Origin: Hydrolagus affinis
Taxonomy: Eukaryota
Direction of reading: 5' to 3'
NCBI GenBank assembly: GCA_012026655.1
Contig: JAAILG010000054.1
Span: forward strand, 1-64,000
DNA: 64,000 nucleotides
Shown here: in pieces, positions 1 through 14,074 of the stretch
Position numbering within the stretch: position 1 is the stretch's first letter
Layout: each line of letters begins with the position of its first letter
Position numbers and translations under genes: made by a program
Notes under the pieces: model-generated
What the model saw: the letters and a program-made list of their open reading frames with translations, nothing else
What the model was told of the DNA's origin: nothing
The model's database searches: none

Positions 1-420
1 TCGTCCTCACCTTCAAGGCCTTAAATGGCCTTGCCCCGCCCTATTTAACCAACTTACTCTCCCCCTACAAGCCCACCCGGACCCTCCGTTCAGCAGGACT
101 TGGCCTGCTCCAAGCCCCCCGCCCGAACCGCCCCACCATCGGAGGCCGGGCCTTCAGTTTCTCCGCTCCCATCCTATGGAATTCCATCCCCCAATCCCTC
201 CGTCTCGTTTCTTCCCTTTCCTCTTTTAAGGCCGGTTTGAAGACTTTCCTCTTCGACCGTGCCTTTTGTTCCACCCCGAATTCTTCGACCTCCCCTACTT
301 GTTTCACCCCTTCCCGTACACTCCCCTCCCAGCTCGGGTCACACGCCTCCTGTGCAGAGCCTTGGGACGTCCTCCTGACGTGAAAGGCGCTTTATAAGTG
401 TAATTTGTTGTTGTTGTTGT
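1..420 (+). mobile_element. L2-clade LINE 3' fragment
   Basis: Encodes the L2 ORF2 C-terminus (FKALNGLAPPYL ... GGRAFSFSAPILWNSIP ... FKAGLKTFLF), followed by the tail gggacgtcctcctgacgtgaaaggcgc and (TTG)n. Confidence 0.88.
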
Positions 421-1439
421 AGCATCTGTGCAGCCCATTGAGCCTGTTCCACCAAAGCGAGATCCCAATGTCCTGCCTTTTGCCATACCCATCAATACCT
501 TTACTATCCAAAACTCTTTTTGTTATCCTGTTGATGCTCACTTGTACATTTTCTTGGAAAGATCGTTCTACGTCTTCATAATTATCTGTGTGAGTAGTAT
601 TGTCTGTGTTAAGAAAAGCTTCCTTATTTCAATTCTACCTATCTTGGCTCTGACTTTAAGGCAATGTTTCATTCTAATGGATCCCATTTCCAAGGAGAAA
701 AGTCATCCACCAACTAATCTGTCAATTCTTTCTATTTTAGATGAATTAATCAAGTCACACTGTACCTTTTTCTAGTTTTGGAACACCTGTATAACCCCAG
801 CGCAGCCAATCGTCACAGTTAACAGCGAGAGAGCCCTCTTGTGGATTTTATTTCTATTGCATAAACAAATCCTGTCTGATTCAGGTTAAGATATAGTATT
901 ACATTTGTAAAGCGCCTTTCACATAGGCATTCTCAAGGCGTTGAACAGTCCGAGATTAGGACCCAAAGCAGGTGAGGGTGGGAAGTGGAGTTGGGGGTTC
1001 ATCGACAATGATGTTGATGCCGAAAGCCTTTTTAGTAAAGGAGTGGAAAGTTTGTAGGTCGATGCGGAAAGGACAGTTAGGAGAGGAATTTGTGAGGTGG
1101 GAGGGGGTGGTGGGAGGATTGGCAGAGAGGATATTAGTGGGGAACAGACAACCATTCTAGTGTGAACAGCTACACCTTTGGATAGCCAAAGGCAAGTGCC
1201 ACGATGTTACCAACAGAGGATTCCCAGGCTAGAGCAGAGGAAGGTTGTGGGACGGTATTGGAGGCGAGGAGGACTGAGAGAAAGTAGGACAGTAGGAGAG
1301 AGTTGCAGAACAATTGGCAGACTGTTCATGTTTGCAGGATAGGGAGCATTTTGGGGGAAAAGCAGCTGGGATTGCCAAGAGAGACAAGAACCCCTGCAGT
1401 GCCTGGCAATAACCTTTCAAAAAGTATGCTTGATTGGTT

Positions 1440-1970
1440 TTACTGTAGCGGAGTAGTTAGTGCACTCACCTTGCCAGCAGGAGGACCTGTGTTAGATTCC
1501 CGGGCAACAACAACAAATTACATTTGGATAACTTCTTTCACGCCAGGAGGGCAAAATTTTAGGCACCTTTCATTATCCCATGCTGTAAGTAGGTAATTAG
1601 GAACCCGGTTGTTAGTCGATGGCGGATCGCTTTCTGGTGGGGTAATAAATCCTTAAAAAAAAACTGGTCACTTAATCCACGACTGTTTGTGGGGCACTGC
1701 TATGCGCAATTGGCTGCTGTGTTTTGCCCACAAAACATAAGAAGTAGGAGCAGGTATAGGTCAGTCGGCACCTCGAGCCTGCACCACCATTTCATAAGAT
1801 CATGACTGATCTTCTCTGCTAATTCCATTCACCTCCCGTATCCCCATATTCCTTAATCCCTTTATCTGCTTTTAAAAATATAGTTATTAAAGTTTACAGT
1901 ATACCCTGTAAAGGACTTTGCATTGCCTTGAGGATGTGATAAGATGCCAAATCAAGGATGATTATTTACA
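1440..1970 (+). mobile_element. tRNA-derived SINE with nested L2-tail (about 1507-1548) and CR1 3' (about 1735-1870) insertions
   Basis: Head, core (tccacgactgtttgtggggcactgc) and tail match the other SINE copies and are interrupted by two minus-strand fragments. Confidence 0.7.
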
Positions 1971-2399
1971 AGAGAAGAATTAATATAAATATTGATACTT
2001 GTATTGCATTGCTCAGAACTACATTGAAAATGATGGCCACAGTGTGAAGTGAGAACGTCTAGACTATTTTGCATGTTTCTTGTCAACTGATATATTGATC
2101 CTTTACTTTATATTTCTTCTAAAGGATTTTTTTTTCTCCCTTACCCTCCTTAATGCAGTAGAAACCTTATGTACCCTGTACATAACTGCTGTTGCATGTA
2201 TGTTGGCAGAACAGGACAGGTCAGAATTGGTTGGTCCCTACCTAATGTTTAAATGTGTGTACTCATCAGAACAGACTATTATTTGTCAAGAGTGGAAGCT
2301 GTTGATGCTTTCAAGATAATGTCACCCTCCTTTCAGCCTGGGTGACAAGCAATGCCTAGGGGTCCCCAACAAATGTACTAATTCAATCCTTTGTTCTTT

Positions 2400-2580
2400 T
2401 GTTAGGCATTTGAGCTTCGCCCCCTCCTTTCCTATTTACAGGTCACACCTAAAGACTTTTCTTTTCAACCGTGCTTTTGGTCTCGCTTTTCCCCTCCCCC
2501 TGGCTCGATTATTATTATGAAGCGCTCTGAGATACTGTCTGGCGTGGAGGCCCCTATATAAATCCAAATTGTTGTTCTTG
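2400..2580 (+). mobile_element. Degenerate L2 3' end
   Basis: ctaaagacttttcttttcaaccgtgctttt ... gaagcgctctgagatact ... tatataaat ... ttgttg. Confidence 0.65.
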
Positions 2581-2764
2581 TAGAGCACAAAATATTGATT
2601 CCAAAATTCACAAAAAACGTTTTGACCACTGTGATGTCATTTCCTTTGCACATCCTTCCTAAAGGGAAGTTTCTGGAGTTTGCTGCTCTCTACCATGAAT
2701 TGGGGGTTTCAACAAAGTAAAAAGATCATCTCAATAGTCAGAGGAATCCTCAATGATGCTAATT

Positions 2765-2910
2765 CAATCAATCAATCAATCAATCAATCGAAGCTTACAT
2801 TTATATAGCGCCTTTCACATTGAGAGGATGTCCCAACAACAAAACAACAACATTGCACTTATATAACGCCTTTCACGTTGGGAGGATGTCCCAAAGCGCT
2901 GAACAGTCAG
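2765..2910 (-). mobile_element. (ATCA)n plus two tandem L2 3' tails
   Basis: catttatatagcgcctttcac ... ggatgtccca occurs twice after the tetranucleotide repeat. Confidence 0.7.
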
Positions 2911-4710
2911 GGGAGAAAGTGGGGAAAGAGAGTAAGGGTAGGGGGGAAAAGAGAGCAGGAAAACTGACTGTATATTGACTGTATATTGTAATTGAAGAAG
3001 AAAAACACAAAATCCTTTTGCTCATCATAAAAACATGAACAGTCTGCCATTACGTGTTTGTAGGCTTGCTTCTATTTGGTTCCAATCTAAGTGCAGCACA
3101 TGAGAAGGAGGATGCACCACAGGAAATTTGTTTTAAAACATATATTTGTAATAAGTTGGTACAAGACTGTTTTCCAAAAAAAGCTCAAAATTAGTTTTTA
3201 TTTTTACAAGTTGAGTCACAACAGCACCCATTTCTTAAACACAAGAATAATTTTTGCTTTCTCCCCTCTGTTGTTAGGTTTTGGGTTTCAGCCCATTTAA
3301 AATTTAATCGCATTTGTCGTCTCTGCACTAAACTTTCTTTCTGTGCAGCATACATCTGTGCCATCTCCATAGAATTGTTTTGCTCATATTATTCTAAATG
3401 TGTTTTTATGATTCAAATTCATTAAGTGACAATTGATGAGACTAACACTACACTTGTGTATCTGGCATAAATAGATTTTTAAGAACTTCACTCTTGCTAG
3501 CAGGAAAAATAATTTCAAGTTTTTTTGGGTGCTTCTTCAACTGTAATATTCCTCAAAGTTTTCTTTAAAGGTAAATATTACCATGGAAGAGAATAATCGA
3601 AGTATGTATTGAAAGAGGGGTGGGGGAAATGAGAATTTCATGGCAAATTCCCTTCTCTCTCTCCGCGTGGGTTTTGAACCTGTTCTTTGGAAGGATATCA
3701 AATACTTGTTCCAGTTTTCCTATGTTCTTATATAGAACCTGGGAATAACTGTATGTGCCCAGTCAAAAAATAATTATCTTTGATTTTCAACTTTTTTTCT
3801 CACACTTGCTGGTTGAATAACATCTGTTGCATCTTGTACATGTACATTCTTTAAATATATATAGTAATGATAATGAGAATACTTGCATTTGATATAATGC
3901 CTAATCAGATTGTTGAAATATTTTAAGACATTATTTACTGCAAATATGGTAGCAAATTTGCGCACAACAGTGCCCCATAAACACCCAAGGAGTAAATCAC
4001 AAATACCAGGACATCAAGAGAAACTCCCTTTTGTCAAGTCTTGAATCTTTAATGTTCATCTCTTTAATGTCCACCTCAACAGGCGACTTCAGTTTCACCT
4101 GATAAGAATTTTCTAGAAAAGTATAGCACCAGAAACCTGAAATTCTATTTCATCAACCTGCAAAACCATTTTACTGTAAAACCATACAAAGTTATGGAAC
4201 AGTATTAAATTCATTGTTAATTTGGAAGCCATATTTTCAAAATGAATCAAAAAAAGATGGACTGGCATCCCAATTATGACTAAATTTAAATATTTTTCCC
4301 CAGTGCTTAAATTAAAACAAAATGGTCTTGCAGGCTGAACACAGTAACGTTTCATACGCTGGCTTGGTTGAATTTGACCATGTTAATTCTGGTCTTTGAC
4401 AGTACTACCAAAGATATTGCTGTTCATTGATGGTGCGTGTTCTGAGAGTTGCCCTGATATAACTGATGGAATTAAAAACACTATCATTGCTCGGGCAACA
4501 ACGTTATCATGATGAGCAATATTGTACATATGGCACAATCATGACCACGCTTACCTACTTGCTTATGCAGCCCCCAGAGAATCCGATCATTCTCATCTTT
4601 AAATCGTTAAATTGTTGTCCATCATAAAACCGCTTCAGTGATACCTTCCTTTTAGTTGGAACAGAATATATGGGCTGTGAAATGGATTTCCTTTATTATC
4701 ATAAAGGATT

Positions 4711-5490
4711 GGAGTCCTGTAGCTCAGTGCTTAGAGCGCTCGCCTCGCAAGCAAGAGACTTAGGTTTGATTCCTGGCAGGGTGAAATATTGGGCAAGTTT
4801 CCTTGCTCCACATGCCTCTGTTTACCTAGCAGTAGGGTCCGGTGATATATTGATATATCAGTTATATCCGATATAATTTTCATATCGATATGCCGATATC
4901 GGAATTTAAAATACATTGATAAATCAAAAAATTCAATATGTAAAAAAAAATGGATATATCGCAAATATCAGTATATTGTGTCCGGCGATATATCGGTATA
5001 ATGCGGACTTTTTCAACTTACCTTGTCGATATCCGAATGCGTGCGCACACCGGAATGCGTGCGCATGCGCAGAACAAAGAAAACCTGCGATATCGATATA
5101 TCGGTATATATCGATATATCAGCATATATTGATATATCGCCGATATCGATATATCGGTGTATATTGATATGGGCAAACCGATAAATCGATATCGGAAAAT
5201 TTCGATATCGACGGACCCTACCTAGAAGTAAGTACGAATCTGGTTGTTAGTCAATTGGCGGATTGCTTTTTTAAGAGCAATATAATTCCTTAAAAAAAAT
5301 AAAATTATTAATAAATTGGTCACTTTAATCTACGACTGTTTGTGGGACACCACAATTGGCTACTGCCTTTCGCCCACAATATATAGGCTGTTCACTTTAC
5401 TATTCTTGAAGTGCTTTGAGATGTCTTGAAGATAGATGTCTTGAAGATTTGATAAGGCGCTATATCAAATGCAAGAATTATTATTATTAT
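4711..5490 (+). mobile_element. tRNA-derived SINE interrupted by a hAT MITE
   Basis: A-box/B-box-like head ggagtcctgtagctcagtgcttagagc ... ggtttgattcc; tail atcaaatgcaagaattattattatt. Confidence 0.85.
4833..5220. mobile_element. Non-autonomous hAT-type DNA transposon (MITE), copy 1
   Basis: Termini TAGGGTCCG ... CGGACCCTA; 8-bp TSD CCTAGCAG/CCTAGAAG; many GATATCG subterminal repeats. Confidence 0.88.
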
Positions 5491-5931
5491 GAACCTGATT
5501 GGCCGAATGATTTATTTTCTGCTTGTGTGAATCATCAGTTGAAAATGGTTGATCTGTTAATCACTGACCAGATTTAAGGCGTGCAAAACTGGGACACGGC
5601 CATTTGAAAAGAAGATTTGTACTGAGTGTGAGCGAAGGCCAACTGTGCATTTCCCAATCAATTGGTTTATTGAGTATCTGCAAGAGGCAGGCAGGATATT
5701 GGAAGTTCTTAGCTGAATTCAGTTTCTAAAAGTTGTTCCCAGCATAAATAAAAAGTAGACTGCATTGATTTTGTAAAAAATCTAGTGGTTGGATCAGTTT
5801 TGTCTGGGCTGCAAAGTTGGCTTAACATAGCAAAGCCGTCACTGAGCTACCTGGCCAAGTCTGCTCCTGAGTATTGTGTTCTAGAAGTTAAGTTATTTTA
5901 GTCATCTCAATATTTACAATTTTCATTTCAG

Positions 5932-6152
5932 ATACTTGAAAAGGTTTAAAGTGATGAAGATAAAAGTCCTTCGAAGTTGGTGTCGTCAAATTCTGAAGGG
6001 TCTTCACTTTCTTCACACTCGTACACCACCCATCATCCATCGTGATTTGAAATGTGACAATATTTTCATAACTGGTCCAACAGGATCTGTCAAGGTTGGG
6101 GATCTTGGCCTTGCTACATTAAAAAGGGCTTCGTTTGCCAAGAGTGTAATCG
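5932..6152 (+). CDS. WNK1: WNK1 exon 3 (kinase subdomains VI-VII)
   Basis: tttcag|ATACTTG ... GTAATCG|gtgagt; 221 nt; [73 protein letters not shown]. Confidence 0.97.
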
Positions 6153-7412
6153 GTGAGTTGATCATTGGGACAGTCAAATTGTGTTTATACATGAAATGTG
6201 TGGTCTTCCTTCCTTGAATTTCTGCTGTTCATCTTCATACAATGATAATAAATTTACTAAGTTGGGCTATTGTTTTTGAATTTAAAAATAAGGAAAATTC
6301 AAATCCTTCTGCAGTTATTTCAGCTGCCCGATGTGCTCTTTCATTGGATCTCAAAAGCTACTTCAAAACTTGTGGCCTTCTTTGTTGTACTGCATCATTC
6401 ACTTCCTCACTTGTGCTGTAGAAGATGCCTCTTTTCGTTCAGTCCAACATTTTAAAGGTCACATGTTTTATCTTGCTTGGTTGCCCTGCTGAGCGTTCTT
6501 CACTCAATTTTCTGTATTCTAAGTATTTTTAACTGTAGGACATCCACTTTTCCGCAGCTGCAGTAGACCTAAAAGTACTGCAGTTGAATGGTAAGTGTGT
6601 AGATAAAGGCTATGGTAAGTTGCCGTTCTCATAAAAATTTTGAAGCTGTAAATTAATTAAGATCTTCACTATTTTTGATTCTTTGGTAGTTTTGTTTTGC
6701 AAGGTAACTTAGGTATTGACAAAAGGTGCATGAAGCATTGTAGGTCATAGATTTAACTGCGGTTCAATAATGATTATTTTATTAAAGGACAAGAGATTAT
6801 GGGTCTTCATTTAGTCTAGCAAATAATGTAATGTATACTTGCAAATGAGAAGAAAATGTCTGCTTGTTGGATTGTGTAAAATGCATTATTCCTATAATTC
6901 ACAGTATGGGCAAGATGGCTATACAGGACTTTTTAATAGTCACAATTTTTCCGAATTAATTTTTGGAGTTGTCATACAAATTTATATGCAACCTGTCATG
7001 GATGGCCCTTACTTTCTCCATCTTGACGTAGGAAAATTAAGGACTGAGTCTGATTTAACCTTTTTTGTATGGTGCATGATTTTGCTTCCAACGCAAAGCA
7101 AATATTTTTTTCTTTGCATTTACAATTGGCGTTTGATATTTTTTCAAAAGAAGGTAAACTAATTTGTGTTGCAATGGATGGAATTTTACCCATTCTGAAA
7201 CCGAAGGGATAACTAGACCCACTCATTGCTGTACACCATTATGGATGCCTTGCAAAAGAAAACTCATGAGTTGGTAAGTTGCTGAATAACTGAGAAGGGC
7301 TCTCCTTCGCCTCCGCTTTCTCTTCCCCCACAGGTCACCACCATCGGTGAGTACCGACAGCCTCCACTCACTGAGACAGTCTGTTAGAGTCTGAAACGTT
7401 CTTTTAATTTAA

Positions 7413-7676
<264 letters not shown>

Positions 7677-10006
7677 TGATGAGCTTTGAGTGTGAAATTG
7701 TCCACAGCTGTTGTGTAGACATATGAAATCATAGTGAGTCTAATGACAGGCTATAATATTTAGCAACTGCAGAACATAGAGCTAGCTATTTTGGACCTGG
7801 GGCCATTGAAGCATGATACTTGCTAATTATGTCTGCAGGATTCTCCCCACAGAATACTGAGCTACAATATACAAGCATTCACCATTAATAGTTTATCAGG
7901 TATTTAGCTTTTAATCTGACTGTTTTAGTGATAATGCAGAAACGAGATTATTCTTGCACTTGAGCATGGTGATGGCTTCAAATAAACTCTCTTGCTCAAA
8001 GAGGTAGAAAAGCAGAGAAGCAAATGGATAATTCACTCTAGGGTTCTCTTGGATACCATCTTATGGAAAAATTCACCTGGCCTGCCTCAACTGGAGAATA
8101 GCAAATTTGGGGAAGGGGCAATCAAGAAAATTGATAGGAAAGATTATTCACAGAATCCTCGAAGGAGATTTTTGTCAAATAAAATTTCAGAGATAGAGGG
8201 CATGAGGATTTGCATATGCAGAATTTCTATGTGAGGTAATTATTTGGATGTTGGTTGTGCTGATGTGGTCTGCTTCTCATTGTACAGAAACAGAATGGTA
8301 TTGCATGTCATTTTCATGGAAATCATTGATGCTTGTCTTAATTGGACAGGACATTTTTTTTTGAAGAGTTCTTTCACAGCTCTTTTTTTTTAATCGGGTT
8401 TCCTGCATTTATTTTAAAGAATCCAATTCCTTAACATATCTCTAGACTAGAGTGGATAACTTGTATGTGAGCCTCAAAAACATGCCAGTAAATTGACTTG
8501 ATTGTATCTCAAAAGACTTGACTTTAGAAGGGCTCGAAACCTGCTCATTTTAATTGCTTTCAGTCAGAGATCACATTTTAGAGACTAGTACCATCTTCAA
8601 GGTGGTTCTTTTTTGAGATGAGGGAAAATAGATGTAAAACAATCAATGAAAGATGTATGGTACTGTTAAGGAAGTAGGCATAGACTGAAGAAAATGAAGA
8701 CAAGCAGAACAGTCTTTCTTTTGCCAGAACAGAATTCATATTTTGTTCAATATTTTTAAGCAGCTGATATCATGATTTATCCAAATAATTTATCCAGACA
8801 TTTCAGTGGCATCATTAGTGCAATAAGCAATTATTCAGCATCATAGTATGTCGGTTGAAATCTTAAAATAACTGCTAGCTCAAGGGTACAGAATTCCCTG
8901 GAGCAGCTGGTACTGTAAAAATTCTGTGCCGTGAAAGCAATATTTGAGAAATGACAAATGCTACATTTAGGTTATCAACCACAAGAGAGATGGTTCTCAA
9001 GTAGCCTGAAGCTGCAGGTGCCTGGAAATTTGTCCCATTTAGATGGTGGAGCTGAAATGCAGGCATCTGGGGAAACACGTTTTTGTTTTCACTATTTTTC
9101 AAAAATTTCTGCAGCCTAAACTGGGAGCTACAGCTGTTATAGATCGCATTGTTTCAGGATTGAGGATTAGAATTGAATCTCTTAGACTTCAATTATACTT
9201 TGCTTTTCATGGCGATTTGTTGTAAAGATTGAATTGATGATAATAAACGTAGAGTGTCAATGATCTACAAATTTCGAATAGATTCTAAAGCATCCTATAG
9301 TTGTTTTTCTTATTGCCATTGAAAAACAATGCTGTCAAACATGTCTGCATTGTGTATAGCTAGCATTGCATTTTTGCTTTATCTTCTTGAAATACAAATT
9401 TGGTTTCTTTGGTGTACTGTGGGTCATTTGTCACCTGGATTTCTTCCTTCATTGCTATAAAAATATTCCCAATGCAAGTTACATATTTACAATATTTCAA
9501 TCATTAAACTATCCACAGATTTCCCAAATCTTTTAATAAGTGAAAGACAAATGGCAAACTGTTACATTTTCTGATAATTCTTTTCTCTTAAAACAAAGAA
9601 ATAATTATTTTCTCTTTTCTAATTCTCCTCCACCTTTTAAACTTCTCATTACAATCATAGTCTAAAGATAGCACATTCTTGATACAGATATCAACACTAA
9701 TGCGCTCGCCAGATGATGCTGCAACCTATGTAGACGACGATTAGGCATTTACCAGTTTATTTTTGAAGAATGAATCATTCTTGTCTCATAGACATTGAAT
9801 TGTGAGTTACTGTACAAAGTCTTTCGTTCCAAAATGCCATTCAGACACCAATGATGTTAAATATCCATGCTATTTTTATTATTTATCTCTGCCAAATTTT
9901 CCATTTGGGGTTCGGCCTTGTTCGTATTGAGTGAGGTTGGAGAACAAATAGCAATAGGATTCCACCACTTCCCAGTCACTCTTAAAACTGTAATGGAATT
10001 CACTTA

Positions 10007-10022
10007 CCACTAGAGGGCAGCA
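10007..10022 (+). promoter_or_regulatory. CTCF-like motif
   Basis: CCACTAGAGGGCAGCA closely fits the vertebrate CTCF core consensus; motif only. Confidence 0.45.
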
Positions 10023-11782
10023 AGAATGATCTCCACTTTTCTGCTAATTCTATAATTTTGTTCTTGGCAAAGAAGGCAATATAAACCAGCATATTTTGTT
10101 TCAAATCCCGATATTCCTTCTTACATTTTTGTTGGATTTCTCCAAGTAAGACAGAAAGCCAACTGCTTCCACTTGTTAACAATTAGTGTTGAGGGGCTGT
10201 GACCATGGGACAGAAAAGAGATGGCATTCTTCCCTGCTGCAACGGAATTAGTTGGATTTTAGGAGGTTATATTTGTCACATGCTAACTGCTTCATTCATT
10301 TCATTTTCATCAGATAATCATTACAAAAATTACTTCCCCTCACGCAAAGAATTTTTTTTTCTTAATCATTGACAATTTGACAAGTTCTATAAATATACTA
10401 AACTGCTCATTCCTCTGGTCTCTGTTGGATCAGTGAATGTGATGAGTGGAAGTTCAAATGCTTCCAGTAGTCCCTTTCTCCAAAATAACGTAGGAAGCAA
10501 ATGGGAAAAATTCCCTGCTACACATAAATAATTAAAAATGTTGTTTAATTTTTAAAAAAAGTGGTATCAAACAATTTTACTCATTCTGTATTTCAAAGTA
10601 ACAAGTTTTTCCACCCTCAAATGGGATTCTTGTGCCACTTTGAAACTTACCTGAATAATATGAACTTACTTTTTTGTAAAATTGTTGTTTGTAATTTTTC
10701 CTTCTCATCTTTAATTCCAGTAGTCCATTGTTGTCCTCTGTGTTTCCACCTTCATCAAAGCTGTTGTTCGTTATTTAGAATTGACTGCTTTCACTGCAGT
10801 TGAACGTGTGTCTTTTTGCCTTTTGAACTGATAGATTGCTGTTTCTGCTTTGTTGCCTCCCACTAAATCGTTTGGCTATCGGTTTGAATGCAAAGAGTTT
10901 AAAATCCTTGCTTCAGTTAAATTATTTTGAGCCTGGGGGCTGGAGTCAGGGTGGGTGAGGGGGTGGGGGAGAGGAAATGTTCAAGGGTCATTGCTGAAAT
11001 TATATCACCTAAGCATGCAAAGATTTTAATCAGGTACTTACATGTTACGAAATATTGCACAGCACAAGCTGCAAAATAACCTTTGACAAATCCTGTGAAA
11101 TTGGAATGGTGCAATGTGGACTCAAATCAAATTAACTATTTTCTCTGGGTGTTTGCAGCACCCTTAACCACTATTAAAATTGTATTAAAAGTTATGAAAA
11201 TACTCCCTGAAACATTTTCTTGCCAGTTGCTGAAAATAAACTTATTATAGAGTGTGTCTTAAGTGTCTCCTATGCCACCTGAGTGGTGACTCCCCCAGTT
11301 TCTTGCTTGCTTTGAGAATTATGGACAGGATTAACCTGATTTCTAATCTTTGAAAAAGTGGTTTATACAGTCTTGGGCTATCAATTGATGTTTGCTTCTG
11401 AGCAATGTAGTTTAAACAGGAGCTAATCGTATACTGTATCATATTAAAATTAAGGATACAAAATATTACATTGAGCAAGTTAATTACAAAAAACAACAGT
11501 TTACGATATTTTGCTCTGTTCTATCCATTTATTGTTGACATGGTCAAAACAAATGCATGGAAACCGTTAACAACTCCAAATTTAGATACGTTATGCATCA
11601 TATAGAAATATTCCATACAATTCTAGTCCTATTGTAATCCCACTAAAGATATATACTGTATATGTTAGTTTCTTTGAAGAATCCTCAGTTAGGATTTGGA
11701 TGTTTTCATGTACCTCCATTGAATAGGTGCTTTACCAGAATCAGTCACCTTCATTCTGTAGGCAAACTTCATTGTTTAGTTA

Positions 11783-11910
11783 AACAAACGCAAAATATTG
11801 CAGATGCTGGAAATCTGAAACGAAAACAGAAATCGCTGGGAAACACTCAGGTGTAGGTCAGGCAGTATCTATGGAGAAAGGAAAGTGAGTTAACGTTTTG
11901 GGTCCATGAC
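11783..11910. mobile_element. Fragment of a shark-type interspersed repeat (Penelope-related as recalled)
   Basis: aaaatattgcagatgctggaaatctgaaacgaaaacagaa ... gttaacgttttgggtcc resembles an abundant chondrichthyan repeat. Confidence 0.55.
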
Positions 11911-14074
11911 GTCAGAAGATTATGCTTGGTAAGATTCCATTTATATTGGTAGGCACTAGGAAATGTTTTATTTAGTATTTAGGCTAGCTGACATTCATCT
12001 CTAAAGATTTCATGAAAAATACTGCAAAATGTGGATATGTTTGTAAATCTGTACAATAGAAAAAGTTTTGTACTCAAGTTCATTGATGGTACGATGATAC
12101 AAATGCCTTTTGAACTATTCACATTCTTGAATATTATCATTACTTTAATTTGATTTGGGAAGAGTGATAACAGATATTTAATTATGTGTGTATTTTTCAT
12201 TTATCAATAACAGGTCTTATGTTTGAGTAATGGGAACCTTCCATCATCGAGGTCTTTCATATTTACATTTTTGAAATTGATGGGTGTATTAAATTCTCCA
12301 AGCATAGTACAAACAACATTTCTTTCACCAAAGTTGTTTTGAGAAAGTAGTAATGGTTATGTTGAGAAGATGAAGAGATTAAATTTAAATTTGTCACTGG
12401 CCTCAGTACTGTTGTTTAATATTTTGATATGACCTAACTTTTATTTCCTTTACAATTTTTTTTTTAAAAAGCTCTTCCCCTCTTATACAGAAAATTATCC
12501 TAAGTGTATTTTTGCCCCAAATGTGATGATACAATATAATCTAATTATATTTGTAAAGCGCCTTCCATGTCAGGAGGACGTCCTGAGGCGCTGAACTGTC
12601 AGGGATTAGGACCTGAGCAATGGGGTTCGAGGAGTGGGGGGGGTTGGGATCAGCAAGAAAGTAGGAGAGTGGCTGAAGATACAGTTGAGGATGATGTTCT
12701 GTTTCTGTGATTTAAGTTCTTCATATTTTAGTGGAGTGACCTTGAAGTAACGTATTCTGAGCCAGGCAGTAACCTGTTTCATTACACAACAATGGAAGTT
12801 GAATCTGTGTCACCTCAGTAATAAGCACAAATCGCTATTCAATCCACCTTCTCATCTATTTTGTTCCACTTGAAACTCATGGTAACCAAATTCCTGGCTC
12901 ATTAATTACATCTCACTCCTTAGGGCAAAAACCTTAAACTTGACCATAAACTTTTCACTCCATCTTAGTGAGCCCTGAACATGATTGTTATAATTGATGA
13001 ATGAGGTTCTTTAGTGTGGTAAAATGACTGAATTGATTACTTATGTTGCTTATAATGACAGTTTTGAAAATGTTGGTTTGGGCTACAAGTGCTAAAAAGT
13101 TGCACAACTGTTATTTCCTCAAGTTCTGGGAGACTGTTGCAATCCAAAGTTAATTACTTTGATCCCAGAAGGACAAAAACATTCATATAAAGTGTTTGGT
13201 ATTTTCCTAGAAATGGCTTCCAGTGGGTACAATTATTGCCTTGAGGAAAAGCTTTTTAACGAGAGTGAAATACTTTGGAAGTTAACAACCAGTGAGACGG
13301 AAAATGGCGCATTTAAAATCAGTATTTTTCCAAATAGCCTGCTGGAATAATTTGCTACAGTGAGGTATAACAGTAAAAAATATATATTAGATTTATGGTT
13401 GTGTAGAGGTGACCAGGGCCTGGTTAAAACTTAAGCCTCTTCTTAAATTGTGCAAGGATTTTATATACTTAGTTAAACATCAATAAACGGAGATGTTTTA
13501 ATCCTGTAGGAGTTTAGATTCTTATGTTGTATAGCTACACTTTAGCTTTTCTGTTCTGAAACCCCAAATTGACCCGTGGTTACCAGAGAATGAATGTGGA
13601 TGGAAATATTAATTGGAATATGTGTCATTGACAAATTTTGATACATTTACTTTGTGATAACTAAATCTTAAGGCTTTGCAGGCTGTGAGATGTGAGCAGT
13701 CAAAAGACTGCACTTTGAAAAAAACAAATGTATTCTTGGCACTCTGTACAAAAGGGCATCTCATTTGACAGTTTCCTTTGGTTTTCATTTGCATCCGAAT
13801 GCTAAACACGTTTTTACTGATAAAATGGTACAAAGCAGTTTCAGGTGATTTTTCTGGTTGACACTCAAAATTGTTTAAATTCAGCCTTCTGAAAGTGTTT
13901 TCATAAATGCTGTATGTAGGAGACAAAGGATCCTGCTGCTTATTGCAACATTGGCTTAAAAATGTTCCTTTTGAGCAGATAATTGTATCAGCGCACAACA
14001 GTATCAAAGAACAGTTCTCTCGAACAAACAATAATAATAATAACAAAACAGGAGTCTTATCAAATAATTTGATA

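Noticed and set aside
4711-4790. tRNA-like sequence (also at 19255, 25540, 30010, 33400)
   Set aside because: SINE heads joined to a SINE body and L2-type tail; degenerate, with no intact cloverleaf.
4670-5167. ORFs rich in I/Y/R/D (also 15844-16524)
   Set aside because: Translations of the GATATCG repeats of the MITE and SINE; not genes.
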